A DNA stretch of 64,000 nt from Longimicrobiales bacterium (GCA_965202985.1 CBDBCF010000002.1:704001-768000), one strand, 5' to 3'; numbered from the stretch's first letter, positions 18,301-28,083 are shown. Made by a program: numbers and translations. Notes: generated by a model from the sequence alone, not told the origin.

Positions 18301-21300
18301 CGGAACCGGGTGCCGGTCTCGTCGCGGTCGCGGACCAAGAACGGCGAGGAGCCGTCCAGAGGCACCACGAACCGCCGGTAGCGCTCCAGCGAGTCCAGGT
18401 TGCCGTCCTCGTCCAAGTCCTCGGAATCGGGTCGGCCGTTGCCCCGCGTGCAGTTGGCGTTGGGATCGCCCAGCCGGTACACGCGGGCCCGCTCGGCAAA
18501 GCAGTCCTCGTCCCACACGCCGCGCCCGTCGGCCACGTTGCCCCAGACTTCGCCCCGCCGGGGGTCCGCCTCTTGGTCCAGCGTGCCCAGCCCCCAGGGC
18601 ACGCCCGAGCCGGGCTTGACGCCGTTCACCGCGCCCGTGGAATCCGCGAAGAAGGCGTCCTCGCTCACCACGCCCACATCCAGGACCAGGCCGAGGAAGT
18701 CGCCGTCGCGCACGTAGAACTCCACGAAGTCGCTCTTGGTCAGGTCGGACCCCGTGGGGCTCAGCACGGTGGTGATCGAAGCCCACGCGCCGGGCCCCGA
18801 CCGGTCCCCGCTGGCGGGCTGGAAGCGCACATGCAGGCCCGGCTCCCGGACGGCGCTTCCCGTGATCCGGATCTGCTGGTCGATGTCGGCGCTGGGGTTG
18901 AAGCCCTGGAAGACGCCCAAACTGTCGCCGGCGGCGCTCTCGTCGATCCACGTGTGCTGCCAAGCCAGCGCGGCCAAGCTGGCAGGGGACATCTCCGGCG
19001 GAAGCACCTGTTCCGCCCCGTCGCGGGACGCCGGGCGGCTTCCGCGTCGCCAGTCCTGGTCGCGCAACGACAGGGAACGCGCGCTCTGGCCGTCGAAGTC
19101 GTCCACGTACACCTGGCCCTGGACGCTGGGGTTCGGCAGGGAGACGGCCGTCTCGCCCGACAGCCGCACGACGGCGCCGTCGCCCGGGTCCAGCCCAGGC
19201 ACCGCGTCCAGCAGGCGCGCCAGCACCGGCGCGTCGAAGTTCGCGACGCCGTTCAGGCTGCCCAGCCCTACTGCGCCGGCCTCCAAGCCCAGCTGCGGCC
19301 GCCTCACCAGTTCGTCTTCCGCCTGGTAGAGGCCAGTCAGGTTCACGGCGCCGTACTCCCCCAGCTCGTAACGGGCGTCCAGCCCCAAGACCGATGTGGG
19401 CGCCACCTGGAAGAAGCTCCGTTGCTCCCACGACGCTTGCAGCACTCGGTCCGAGTGGGCCGCCAGGAGCCGGTCCGGGTTCACCAGCACGAGCTGCCCC
19501 ACGTCGTAGTCGATCAGATAGTCCACGTCGCGGACCAGCACTTGGTCGCCCAGCGTCACGCGCTCCGTGCCCTCGCGGATGCCCACGGCGCCCAGCGCGA
19601 ACGAAGACGCCGGCCCCGCCCCGCGCACTTCGTAGGACAGGTTCAGCCGAAAGACGCCGCCGTTCTCCCGCTCGAAGGGGTCCGGGTCCCGGTAGATGGC
19701 TTGGTTGCGGTTGGCGCCCAGGATGCGCCGGGCTTCCTCTGCGCCAAGCGACAAGCCGCGAAGGGGGGGCGGCTCCGCGAACGGGGCCAGCGTGGGGAAG
19801 ATCACGAAGGCGCCGGGCACGGGAGGCAGGTCCTCCAACGACTCCAGGCCGGGCCGGTAGACGTGCGACGGGTCCAGTCGGTCGCGGGGGACTTCGTCGT
19901 CCAGCCCGAAGAAGCGCAACCACGTCACGTCGTCTCCGTTGGGCCGGCGGGCGAAGGTACGGCCGCCGCTCGCCTCGCCCAGCGACACGACCAGCTCCAC
20001 CGAGCCGGGGTCCACGTCGTTGGACGAAGAGACTCGGTAGACCTGGTGCATTTCGGTGCGCCACGTGGGCCGGCCCGGCTGGTGCTGGGCGGCCGACGCC
20101 TTGAGCAGCCGAAGTCGCGGACGCCCTCCGGCCCGATGTATGCGCTCCGGATCGTAGGTGCCCACGGTGTCGCCCGACGCCGCGACGTAGGTGACGGCGA
20201 GCATCTCGTCGGGGCCGAGCGGGGTTCGGAGCGCCACCCAGAGCCCGCTGGGGTGCACCAGGTAGTCGGCGCCCGGTCGCAGGTAGCGGAACCACGCCGA
20301 CTCGGTGACCGCGTGCTCGCCCTCGCCGGCAGTGGCGTCCGCCTGGATGTAGCCCTCCACCTGCTGCTGGGCGTAGAGGTCGATCTCCGAGCGGTAGAGC
20401 TGAATCGGGTCGGGGCCGGGGACCACGGCCGCCGGGGCGTCGGACGGGGACAGCGACAGGACGTCCAGATGGGGGTGGGCGTAGAAGGCGGCGGGGTCGA
20501 AGAGGAAGAAGAACTGGCCGTCCACGTAGTCCGCGTCGTCCAGCACCAGCGTGTCGGTGCGGGCGAAGCCGCGGCCCGGGCCGTCCAAGCGGAAGGTGCG
20601 CGACGTGATCTCGCCGCCTTGTTGCGCCCACACCGACTGGACCGTGACGGGACCGGCCTCGAAGGCGGCCTGGAAGCCGAAGTTGCCGGCGGGCACGCCC
20701 TCTCGCAGGAACCGCGAGGGAGGCAAGTCGAACCGCACGTCGCCCACCTCCAGCCGCTGAAGGAATTCGCCCGGCCGGCCCTGGTAGTGGATGTTGAATC
20801 GGTTGGCGCCGGAGAAGGCGCGGGTCTGGTCGTAGTCCACGTCCACCAAGACGCGATCGGCGATCGTGCCGTCGGCGGTGGCGGCGAACTGGATGTCGGG
20901 TCGAAGCCGGGGCAGGAGCGACACTTCGCAGGTGACCTGGACGGTCTCGTCGCAGGGGCGAAATCGGGTCCAGTCGCCGCCCAGCTGGCCCGAACCGCGG
21001 AGGGAGAAGCCCAGGTCGGCGTACTCGGTGCGGAAGCGGGAGGCCTCCGGGGCGCGACGGGCGGGCGAGCGGGGGGAGCCGGGCGGAGGGATGTCGGCGG
21101 GGCCCAAGGTGCGTCCCAGGGCGCCGATGCGAAGGAGCGGGTTTCGGCGCCAGTCGGGGCGTCCCAGGGGGGACAGGGCGAGGGCGGTCGAGTCGGCGGG
21201 CTGCACCAGCGGGGCCAAGTACGGCGGGTAGCGGGGGCCGGGGCCGAGGGGCTCAGCGCCGCCGGGCAGGCGGGTGGCGGGGATGCGGGCGGTTCCGATG

Positions 21301-21710
21301 CGCGCGAAGGGCACGGGCGGGGGCGGCGGGGAGAGGAGGGAGCGGTGCGGTTCGCGCAGCTGGGGCATGAGCCACAGGACGGTATCGGCGGCGGGTAGCG
21401 GGACTGGGGACGGGGCGGGCGCGGGGCGGGCGGGCGGAACCGGCGGCGCAGCGACGGCGGTGTCGGCGACGGCGGGCGACGGGGCGACGGGCAGGGGCGG
21501 TGCCGCGACAGAGGCGCTAGGAGGATGCGCCGCACTGGCGGGAGCGGTCGCGGGGGGCACCGCGGTGACGGCCACCAGGGCCAGAAGCGACGCCGTGGGG
21601 ACGGATCGGGCGCACCCGGCCCTCGAGCCCGAAGCGGCCCCGGACGACGAATCGGGAGTCGCCTCGAGGCCGCGACTCCGGGAGTCGGCGCCCGGCTCGC
21701 TACATTTCAC
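15360..21710 (-). CDS. sprA: SprA-like very large outer-membrane protein (T9SS translocon family)
   Basis: 2116 aa. SprA-like segments NIHYQGRPGEFLQRLEVGDVRF, TERVTLGDQVLVRDVDYLIDYDVGQL, VYVDDFD, SEDLDEDGNLD, NERSLAL and GEVWVDELRL; beta-rich C-terminus. Start position uncertain. Confidence 0.75.
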   Translation of the reverse strand: MKCSEPGADSRSRGLEATPDSSSGAASGSRAGCARSVPTASLLALVAVTAVPPATAPASAAHPPSASVAAPPLPVAPSPAVADTAVAAPPVPPARPAPAPSPVPLPAADTVLWLMPQLREPHRSLLSPPPPPVPFARIGTARIPATRLPGGAEPLGPGPRYPPYLAPLVQPADSTALALSPLGRPDWRRNPLLRIGALGRTLGPADIPPPGSPRSPARRAPEASRFRTEYADLGFSLRGSGQLGGDWTRFRPCDETVQVTCEVSLLPRLRPDIQFAATADGTIADRVLVDVDYDQTRAFSGANRFNIHYQGRPGEFLQRLEVGDVRFDLPPSRFLREGVPAGNFGFQAAFEAGPVTVQSVWAQQGGEITSRTFRLDGPGRGFARTDTLVLDDADYVDGQFFFLFDPAAFYAHPHLDVLSLSPSDAPAAVVPGPDPIQLYRSEIDLYAQQQVEGYIQADATAGEGEHAVTESAWFRYLRPGADYLVHPSGLWVALRTPLGPDEMLAVTYVAASGDTVGTYDPERIHRAGGRPRLRLLKASAAQHQPGRPTWRTEMHQVYRVSSSNDVDPGSVELVVSLGEASGGRTFARRPNGDDVTWLRFFGLDDEVPRDRLDPSHVYRPGLESLEDLPPVPGAFVIFPTLAPFAEPPPLRGLSLGAEEARRILGANRNQAIYRDPDPFERENGGVFRLNLSYEVRGAGPASSFALGAVGIREGTERVTLGDQVLVRDVDYLIDYDVGQLVLVNPDRLLAAHSDRVLQASWEQRSFFQVAPTSVLGLDARYELGEYGAVNLTGLYQAEDELVRRPQLGLEAGAVGLGSLNGVANFDAPVLARLLDAVPGLDPGDGAVVRLSGETAVSLPNPSVQGQVYVDDFDGQSARSLSLRDQDWRRGSRPASRDGAEQVLPPEMSPASLAALAWQHTWIDESAAGDSLGVFQGFNPSADIDQQIRITGSAVREPGLHVRFQPASGDRSGPGAWASITTVLSPTGSDLTKSDFVEFYVRDGDFLGLVLDVGVVSEDAFFADSTGAVNGVKPGSGVPWGLGTLDQEADPRRGEVWGNVADGRGVWDEDCFAERARVYRLGDPNANCTRGNGRPDSEDLDEDGNLDSLERYRRFVVPLDGSSPFLVRDRDETGTRFRLYRVPLRDPSGLDVGGTIGEAELRAVRHLRFTVTGRRRDSFVLARLGIVGSTWLKRYPGGVLTGLAGDTAALGGRVEVGPVSKLTADDAYVSPPGVVEQLDDPAAAFGGQGIEFNERSLALSFEDVPPGARVEVYNRFPQRPRDFLSYREARLWVAPVRGETGPNVAAWFFLKVGTDDRNFYLYRTRLPPSRAPGPLRQEDWLPEVVVEFEPWLELRRRAEEQLILEPRSARDPPLVIWSADSAYAVVLQDRGRAPNLASVREISLGVANETGSVASGEVWVDELRLARGLRDAGVVSAVDARVEGGEFLDARASYRSRGGFFRQLRGSPSFQNDQSVDLAATLQMGRFAPAGWGLEAPLVVAHQRESRAPVFLNRSDVRADRLAGLRTPGFGRTRLDFALRRRSPEGGGFWNALLGGFDVRAGWVRSSLQDITTESDGDGADLFAGYRAAPPRRDVPLFPGRAGEIVRALLPAFVEDRIAGARLRWTPESLAVETEYLSRDLHTTRFDRIIRTDADSAAVAKEAPRRVLTAVARIALRPVESVTAEADFVSGRDLLASHRLASGADVQALVEAERRRFAGIDWGWEVDRRLRTRLAYRPRLADWIRASVQANTDYVSERNPDLVGRRSGEGRARSDTARTLLRNVNGRRDLVAAFALDPGRLAGEGAERGPFARWWSDAMDPLSVTWSRGVASRFDRDPVDPGLLYELGWGGRERFMRIGADTAATLGERDRVQVRGGLRLPGSASVGLAYDRSLNETLDTRSDREVLRQVWPDVRAEIANLILPGWLSAAVERVSAGTGYRKERRALAFGAVARQDRTREDREVPMSLSLGFPRGFALTYRGRLGRGESSDPTGDTRRRANSHAFALSARLASPLPAFSRRGAPLRIVLDVGYTDEVQCRVAGVGIEGAAACVSFIDQLERAASVSVDSQVRDFQLGVRLRYLDRRSFVGRRAGTTQLQMNVFGHFLLTAGLIPGAS

Positions 21711-21792
21711 GAGGGTTCGACCATCCCGTGCTCATCCTGTGCTCCCGATCCCAGGCAACGCGAAAGGGCCTTCCGAGACGTCCAAAGGCACC

Positions 21793-23190
21793 ATGAAGAT
21801 CCTGACCCGGTACCTGATTCGGTCGCACTTGGGACCCTTCATGTTCTCCTTCACCGTTCTCACGGGACTGATCTTTGTCAACGAGTTCGCCCGGAAGTTG
21901 GACGACTTCGCGGGCAAGGGGCTCCCCCCGGAGGTGATCGGAGAAACGCTGCTGCTGGTGTTTCCGCACACCATCGCCATCACCCTGCCCATCGCCGTGT
22001 TGGTTGCCGTCCTGTATGCATACAGCGACCTCGCCGCTCGGAACGAGATCATCGCGATGGCCGCCGGCGGCGTGCGACCTCGGAGCCTCTTGGTTCCCGC
22101 GCTGCTCCTGGGCGCCGTCGTGGGCGCCACGACCTACGTCTTCAACGACCAAGTCCTCCCCGAGTCGAATCACAGGCTCAAGAACCTCCAGTACTCGATC
22201 CGCGAGAAGAGTCCCACCTTTCAGCTTCGGGAGCGGGTGGTCAATCGCATCGACGTTCAGGACGGCCGCGGTCCCTACTTTCTCCAGGCCGCTTCGATCG
22301 ACCCGGCTTCGTCGGAGCTGACCGACGTGGTCATCTACGACATGAGTCGCAACGACGGACTTCGGCGCACGACCTACGCTGCGCGAGGAACGGTGGCCCT
22401 CTACGACGACGCCACCGAACTGCGCCTGCGCCTCGAGGACGGGCGCGTCTACGAAGTGGGCGGAAACGAACGGGGCTCGTTCGAGCAGACCGAATTCGGA
22501 GAGCAGATGCACGTGCTCCGGGGCATCGCCAACCTCTTTGACGACACCGGCACCGACCACCGATCCGATCGCGAGATGTCCGTCGCGCAGCTGTTGGAGG
22601 CAACGTCGGTCAGCCGAGTTGCACTGGACTCGGTCCGCGCCGTTTCGCGCGACAGGACGCGGGGGGCCGTGGAGCGGGTTCTGGGCTTGGGGCTCGACGC
22701 CGACTCGACCCCCGTGGCCGCGCCGTCCGCGGGGATGCCGGGGGACGATGCGCGAACGTTGGCCTTGACCGCCGCCACCGCCGCCGCTCGCGCCGACAAC
22801 CTGGAACGGCGGACCGGCCAGTACCACGTCGAAGTTCACAAGAAGTTCGTGCTCGCGTCGGCCTGCATCGTCTTCGTCCTGTTCGGTGTGCCTGTGGCGG
22901 TGCGCTTCCCCCGGGGAGGCGTCAGCGTGGCCATCCTCGTGACCACGGTGGTCGTGTCAGTCTACCGGGTGGCCCTCGTCAACGGGGAGGACTTTGCGGA
23001 CCGAGGCGTGATCAATCCGTTCTGGTCGATGTGGACGGTCAACTTGGCCTTTGGCGCGGTTGGGCTCTTGCTGGTCCTGCGCATGGGACGCTGGATCGCG
23101 TCGCCGCGGGGCGACGGTGGGCAGGCGGTGGCCGACATGGTGCGAGATCGGCTTCGGGCGCTGCTAGGCGGCAAGCGACGGACCCCGTGA
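21793..23190 (+). CDS. lptF: LptF/LptG family LPS export ABC permease (LptF-like)
   Basis: MKILTRYLIR, NEIIAM..GG, FNDQVLPESNH, VEVHKKF..ACIVFVLFGVP; TM-periplasmic-TM layout. Confidence 0.85.
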   Translation: MKILTRYLIRSHLGPFMFSFTVLTGLIFVNEFARKLDDFAGKGLPPEVIGETLLLVFPHTIAITLPIAVLVAVLYAYSDLAARNEIIAMAAGGVRPRSLLVPALLLGAVVGATTYVFNDQVLPESNHRLKNLQYSIREKSPTFQLRERVVNRIDVQDGRGPYFLQAASIDPASSELTDVVIYDMSRNDGLRRTTYAARGTVALYDDATELRLRLEDGRVYEVGGNERGSFEQTEFGEQMHVLRGIANLFDDTGTDHRSDREMSVAQLLEATSVSRVALDSVRAVSRDRTRGAVERVLGLGLDADSTPVAAPSAGMPGDDARTLALTAATAAARADNLERRTGQYHVEVHKKFVLASACIVFVLFGVPVAVRFPRGGVSVAILVTTVVVSVYRVALVNGEDFADRGVINPFWSMWTVNLAFGAVGLLLVLRMGRWIASPRGDGGQAVADMVRDRLRALLGGKRRTP

Positions 23191-24254
23191 TCCGCACGCT
23201 GGACCGGATGGTGATCTCCACCTTCGGGAAGCTCTTCCTGGTATTCGTCGTTTGTGTGCCGGCGCTCATGATCGTGGGCGACTTGAGCGAGAAGCTGGAC
23301 CACTATCTGAACCGCGACCTGGGGATGGCCGAAATCGCCCTTGGGCATGTGTTTCAGTACCCCCACTTTATGGTATGGTCGGCGCCGCTGGCAGGGCTCA
23401 TCGCCGCCGTCTTTACCGTGCAGTCGATGACGATGCACCGCGAAGTCCAGGCGGCCAAGAGCGGGGGCGTGTCGTTTCATCGCCTGGTGGCGCCGATCTG
23501 GGGCGTCGGCGCCGTTCTCACGGTCGGCGCATGCCTCTTGGCCCTCCTGGTCCCCGCGGCCAACCGCAAGGCGGCCGAGACGCTGGGCGAACGAGAGGCG
23601 CGACGCGAGTGGCGCAGCGACTTCGTCTTTCAGACCGAGCACGGCGAGGCCTTGACGATCAGACAGCTGTACCTGGCGTCCCAGTCCATGGACGGACTGA
23701 TGATCGAGCAGCAAGACGAGGGCAACACGCTTCGCCACGTTTGGGCAAGGCAAGCGTTCTGGGAAGAAGACGGCGGATGGACTTTGCACGACGGCTACTT
23801 CCGCTTGGTTCAGCCTGGCGGCGCCGAAGTTACTTACGCCTTTGAGCGCTACAGGCCGGCAGGGTTGTCGGTGTCGCCCGAAGCCCTGCTGGAAGATCCC
23901 CGCGAGGACGAGGAGATGAGCTACCGGGAGCTGGGCAGGCAGGCCGCGATTGTGCATCGGTCCGGCGGCGACCCCCGCGGACTCCTGGTCGAGCAGCAGC
24001 AGAGGCTGGCGATCCCCGCGGCCACGCTGGTAATCGTGCTGTTCGGCGCGCCGCTGGCCACCACGGTCAAGAAGGGAGGCGTCGCCGTCGGCATCAGCTT
24101 TTCGCTGGTCTCCACGATCGTCTACTTGCTGCTGCTGCAACTCTTCGGCGCGATCGGCGCGACAGGCGGACTGTCGCCGTGGTGGGCGGCGTGGACCCCG
24201 AACCTAGTTTTCCTAGCCGCGGGGCTGGTCCTACAGGCTCGGGTTCGCACCTGA
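23187..24254 (+). CDS. lptG: LptF/LptG family permease (LptG-like)
   Basis: GTGA overlap with lptF; IRTLDRMV, EVQAAKSGGVS..RL, EEMSYREL, AAWTPNLVF. Confidence 0.85.
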   Translation: MIRTLDRMVISTFGKLFLVFVVCVPALMIVGDLSEKLDHYLNRDLGMAEIALGHVFQYPHFMVWSAPLAGLIAAVFTVQSMTMHREVQAAKSGGVSFHRLVAPIWGVGAVLTVGACLLALLVPAANRKAAETLGEREARREWRSDFVFQTEHGEALTIRQLYLASQSMDGLMIEQQDEGNTLRHVWARQAFWEEDGGWTLHDGYFRLVQPGGAEVTYAFERYRPAGLSVSPEALLEDPREDEEMSYRELGRQAAIVHRSGGDPRGLLVEQQQRLAIPAATLVIVLFGAPLATTVKKGGVAVGISFSLVSTIVYLLLLQLFGAIGATGGLSPWWAAWTPNLVFLAAGLVLQARVRT

Positions 24255-25145
24255 CGCTAGCTGGCCGAAGCACACGATTTCGACCGGTCCACGAAGGCGC
24301 ACCGTCCAGTCGTCCGCCACGTCCACCTCCATGGCGCCGCCCTCCATGACCACCCGGGCCGCGCCCGGCGGGGCCAGCCCAGTTCGAACCGCTGCCGCCG
24401 CGGCCGCGCACGCCGACGTCCCCGAAGACGTCGTCCGCCCCACGCCCCGCTCCCACACTCCCACGACGATCTCCCCACCTTCGGGGCGGCTCGCGAACTG
24501 CACGTTCGTGCCGTCCGGAAAGGCCGGGTGAACAGCCACCAGGGGTCCCAGCCGGTCCACGTCGTCGTCTGTCCACCCCTGCCCGAAGATCACCGCGTGC
24601 GGGTTGCCCACCGACACGCGAACCGCGTCCAGCACCGCGCCGCCCACCCGCAAGCGCAGCGGTTCGCCGTCCGGGAAGCGCACGCACCCCATCTCCGCGC
24701 GAACGTCGAACACCGCGCCAGAGGCGTCCGGCCCCGCAACGTCCAGGAGAACCACGTCCCCGCCGACCGAGACGGCCAGCGCGTGCGCCGACGCCGACGC
24801 TTGTCCCGGCGCCTGCCCTTCCCTCTGCTTCGGCGTCCGATACGCTGTCGGCCGCTCCCCTCGGCGCTCCGCACGCAACCGCAGGTAAACCCCCGCGACA
24901 CGGAGCCCGTTGCCGCTGCGCTCGAACTCGCCGCCGTCGGGGTTGAACATGCGCAACGGGATCGGCCGCTCGGGAGTGCCGTCCGCCGGCGATTGGCCCA
25001 CGACCACGATCCCGTCGGCGCCGACTCCTCGCCGACGGCGGCATATTCGCCGGATCGCATCCGGGTCCAGAACCAGACCCGGCCCCTCGGCGAAGACCAG
25101 GTAGTCGTTCCCGAGACCGTGGGCCTTGAAGAAGCGGGGAAACAC
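24231..25145 (-). CDS. dapF: diaminopimelate epimerase homologue with Ser in place of both catalytic Cys
   Basis: FFKAHGLGNDY, GVGADGI, FNPDG.E.ERSGNGLR, SVGNPHAV, FPDGTNVQF, VWERGVGRTTSSGTSACA. Start inferred at GTG 25145. Confidence 0.85.
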   Translation of the reverse strand: MFPRFFKAHGLGNDYLVFAEGPGLVLDPDAIRRICRRRRGVGADGIVVVGQSPADGTPERPIPLRMFNPDGGEFERSGNGLRVAGVYLRLRAERRGERPTAYRTPKQREGQAPGQASASAHALAVSVGGDVVLLDVAGPDASGAVFDVRAEMGCVRFPDGEPLRLRVGGAVLDAVRVSVGNPHAVIFGQGWTDDDVDRLGPLVAVHPAFPDGTNVQFASRPEGGEIVVGVWERGVGRTTSSGTSACAAAAAAVRTGLAPPGAARVVMEGGAMEVDVADDWTVRLRGPVEIVCFGQLASGANPSL

Positions 25146-25316
25146 GGTCGGGCGCGCGGCCGGCGGGGCAGGTTTTCGCAACTTTCGGGGCGCTCGTCTC
25201 GTCCAAGGGTTGTGGCCCGCCGGAAGGCGCGGGCCGGACCGGCGTCGGGCGATCCGGAATCTACGGCCTCGACGGCGGCGACTTGGACGATACACGGGAC
25301 AGGGGGAGGTGCGGGG

Positions 25317-28025
25317 ATGGACATATCGACGGATAGGTGTGCACGACTTCGGCAGGGGGCGCAGGCAGTGGTCGGGGCCGCGGCGGCGGCCTTGGCCTTG
25401 GCGGTTCCGGGCTTCGCTTGGAGCCAGGAGCAGGAAGGCGGCGGCGCGGACGGCGGGTCGGTCGGCGGGAGGGGGTCGGCGACGCCCCCGGCGGTGCAGG
25501 CCCTTCGCCTCAGCGGCGCGACGCCGGCGATCGACGGGCGCTTGGACGAGGCGGACTGGGACGCCGCCCCCGTGGCCCGCGACTTCACGGTCTTCGAGCC
25601 CAACGAGGGCGAGACGCCGTCCCAGCCCACGGAAGCGCGCGTGCTGTACGGCGACGAAGCCCTGTACGTGGGCATCCGGGCGTTCGACGCGGCGCCGGAT
25701 TCGATCGAGTCGCGGCTGGCCCGGCGCGACGAGCGGCCCCATTCGGACTGGCTGGAGGTGGTCGTCGACAGCTACCACGACCGACGCACGGCGTTCCGGT
25801 TCGCCGTGAACCCGGCAGGCGTGAAGGCCGACAGCTACATGTTCGACGACACCAACGAGGACGACTCGTGGGACGCCGTCTGGGACGTGGCGACGCGGAC
25901 GGACGACCAGGGCTGGACCGCCGAGTTTCGGATCCCCTACTCGCAGCTGCGCTTCGACGGGGCCGAACGCCAGACGTGGGGCATCAACTTCGCGCGCACG
26001 ATCGCCCGCCACCTGGAGATGAGCCTGTGGGCGCCGATCTCCAAGGGCGACGGCGCGATCGTGTCCCGCTTCGGCGACTTGGAGGGGCTGCGCAACTTGT
26101 CGCCCCCGACGCGCCTCGAGGTGCTTCCCTACTCGCTGGTGCGGCTGGAGAGCGCGCCCGGCAACGCCGACAACCCCTTCTACGACCCCCGCGACTACGG
26201 GGCGACGGTCGGGGGCGACGTGAAGTACGGGATCACAACCGACCTCACGCTCGACGTGACGCTGAACCCCGACTTCGGCCAAGTGGAAGCGGACCCGGCC
26301 GAAGTGAACCTGACCGCCTTCGAGACGTTCCTGCCAGAGCGGCGACCGTTCTTTGTGGAGGGCGCCAACATTTTTTCGTTCGGTATCTCCCCGGGCGACG
26401 GCGACGGCGCCAGCGAGGGCCTGTTCTACTCGCGGCGGATCGGCCGGTCGCCACAGGGGCGCGCACCCGGCGGCGTCTACTCGGAGACCCCCGACCGGAC
26501 GCGCATCCTAGGCGCCGCCAAGCTGTCCGGGAAGACCCGTTCGGGCTGGTCGCTGGGCCTGCTACACGCCGTCACGGCTCGGGAGGAAGCGGACTTGGCC
26601 GGGACCTCCGGTCCCATGGACCCCCAGGTGGTGGAGCCGTTCTCGCAGTACGGCGTGGGCCGGGTCAGCAAGGACTTCCGCGAGGGCAAGAGCGCGGTCG
26701 GCGCCATCTCGACCTGGACGGTGCGGGACGGGGCCAGCGCGGCGGCACTCGACCTTCACCGCAACGCCTACACCGCCGGCGTGGACGCGCGTCACCGATT
26801 CGGCGACGACCGCTTTCTACTGTCGGCCTACGTTCTGGGGTCCACGGTGCGCGGTTCCGCCGACGCCCTTGCCCGCACGCAGCGCTCCCCCGCCCGTTAC
26901 TTCCAGCGCCCCGACGCCGACCACACCGAGTTCGACCCTGGCCGCACGTCGCTTTCGGGCTGGGCGGCGTCCGCCGACTTCATGAAGATGTCGGGCGGCT
27001 ACTGGCGCTACGGCACGGGCATCGTGGCCCGCTCCCCGGGCTTCGAGCCCAACGACATGGGCTTCATGCGCGAGACCGACTTCGTGAGCCCGTGGATGTG
27101 GGCCGGGTACAACCGGTTCAAGCCCTCGAAACGGCTGCAACGGTGGAACGTCAACGTGAACGCTTGGACCGCCTACAGCTTCGGCGGCGAGCGCTACAAC
27201 GCCGGCGGCAACGTCAATGGCAACTTGACGTTCAAGAACTTCTGGGGCGGCTACCTGGGGGTCATGCGTAATGCGGGGGGCCTGACCAATACGCTCCTGC
27301 GAGGCGGCCCGATGTTCATGCGGGACCCGACCTGGGGCGGGTGGTTCGGCTTCTGGTCGGACTCCCGGAAGTCCTTGCAGGCGAACGTCAACAACAACTG
27401 GCAGGCGCGCCCCGAGAGCGGCTCGTGGAACTACTCCACCCGCCTCAGCCTGCGCTGGCGGCCGTCGGCGCGAGCCACCGTCTCCGCCGGCCCGTTCTTC
27501 AGCCTGCGCGCGGAGGACTTGCAGTGGGTCGGCCGATTCGACTCGGCGGACGACACCCGGTACCTGTTCGGGCGCATGGACCAAAGGACGGCTGGGATCA
27601 CGGCCAGAGCGGACTGGACCTTCTCGCCCACGCTGTCGCTGCAGCTCTACGCGCAGCCCTTCGTGTCCGCAGGCGACTACGACGAATTCAAGCGGATCAC
27701 CGACCCCCGTGCCGGCGCCTACGCGGACCGGTTCGTGGGGGTGCCGGCCACGGCAGCGGACGAAGGCGGGCTGGAAGGCGACATCGACGGCGACGGCGCG
27801 CTCAATTCGTTTCGCGATCCCGACTTCAACGTGAAGCAGTTTCGCTCCAACGTGGTGCTGAGGTGGGAATACCAGCCCGGATCGGCCTTGTTCCTGGTCT
27901 GGTCCCAGGGACGCGACCACTACGCCGGGAACGGCGACTTCTCCTTGGGCGGCGACCTGGACACGCTGCTCCGCCAACCCAGCGACAACGTGTTCATGAT
28001 CAAGGCGAGCTACTGGATCGGGTAG
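25317..28025 (+). CDS. DUF5916-type exported protein (CBM9-like N-terminal domain plus probable beta-barrel)
   Basis: IDGRLDEADW, F.VNPAGV..D, GWTAEFRIPYSQLRF, TLNPDFGQVEADP, ERRPFFVEG, LFYSRRIG; ends KASYWIG. AGGGGGAGG precedes the ATG. Confidence 0.8.
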   Translation: MDISTDRCARLRQGAQAVVGAAAAALALAVPGFAWSQEQEGGGADGGSVGGRGSATPPAVQALRLSGATPAIDGRLDEADWDAAPVARDFTVFEPNEGETPSQPTEARVLYGDEALYVGIRAFDAAPDSIESRLARRDERPHSDWLEVVVDSYHDRRTAFRFAVNPAGVKADSYMFDDTNEDDSWDAVWDVATRTDDQGWTAEFRIPYSQLRFDGAERQTWGINFARTIARHLEMSLWAPISKGDGAIVSRFGDLEGLRNLSPPTRLEVLPYSLVRLESAPGNADNPFYDPRDYGATVGGDVKYGITTDLTLDVTLNPDFGQVEADPAEVNLTAFETFLPERRPFFVEGANIFSFGISPGDGDGASEGLFYSRRIGRSPQGRAPGGVYSETPDRTRILGAAKLSGKTRSGWSLGLLHAVTAREEADLAGTSGPMDPQVVEPFSQYGVGRVSKDFREGKSAVGAISTWTVRDGASAAALDLHRNAYTAGVDARHRFGDDRFLLSAYVLGSTVRGSADALARTQRSPARYFQRPDADHTEFDPGRTSLSGWAASADFMKMSGGYWRYGTGIVARSPGFEPNDMGFMRETDFVSPWMWAGYNRFKPSKRLQRWNVNVNAWTAYSFGGERYNAGGNVNGNLTFKNFWGGYLGVMRNAGGLTNTLLRGGPMFMRDPTWGGWFGFWSDSRKSLQANVNNNWQARPESGSWNYSTRLSLRWRPSARATVSAGPFFSLRAEDLQWVGRFDSADDTRYLFGRMDQRTAGITARADWTFSPTLSLQLYAQPFVSAGDYDEFKRITDPRAGAYADRFVGVPATAADEGGLEGDIDGDGALNSFRDPDFNVKQFRSNVVLRWEYQPGSALFLVWSQGRDHYAGNGDFSLGGDLDTLLRQPSDNVFMIKASYWIG

Positions 28026-28083
28026 GCGGAACCACAAGCGGGGCGAGTGGAGCGCGCGGAGCCGAGAACGGCGCGCGGGCCAG

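Noticed and set aside
21180..21620. Pro/Ala-rich repetitive stretch at the sprA 5' end as a repeat element
   Set aside because: It is a low-complexity coding linker with no discrete repeat unit.
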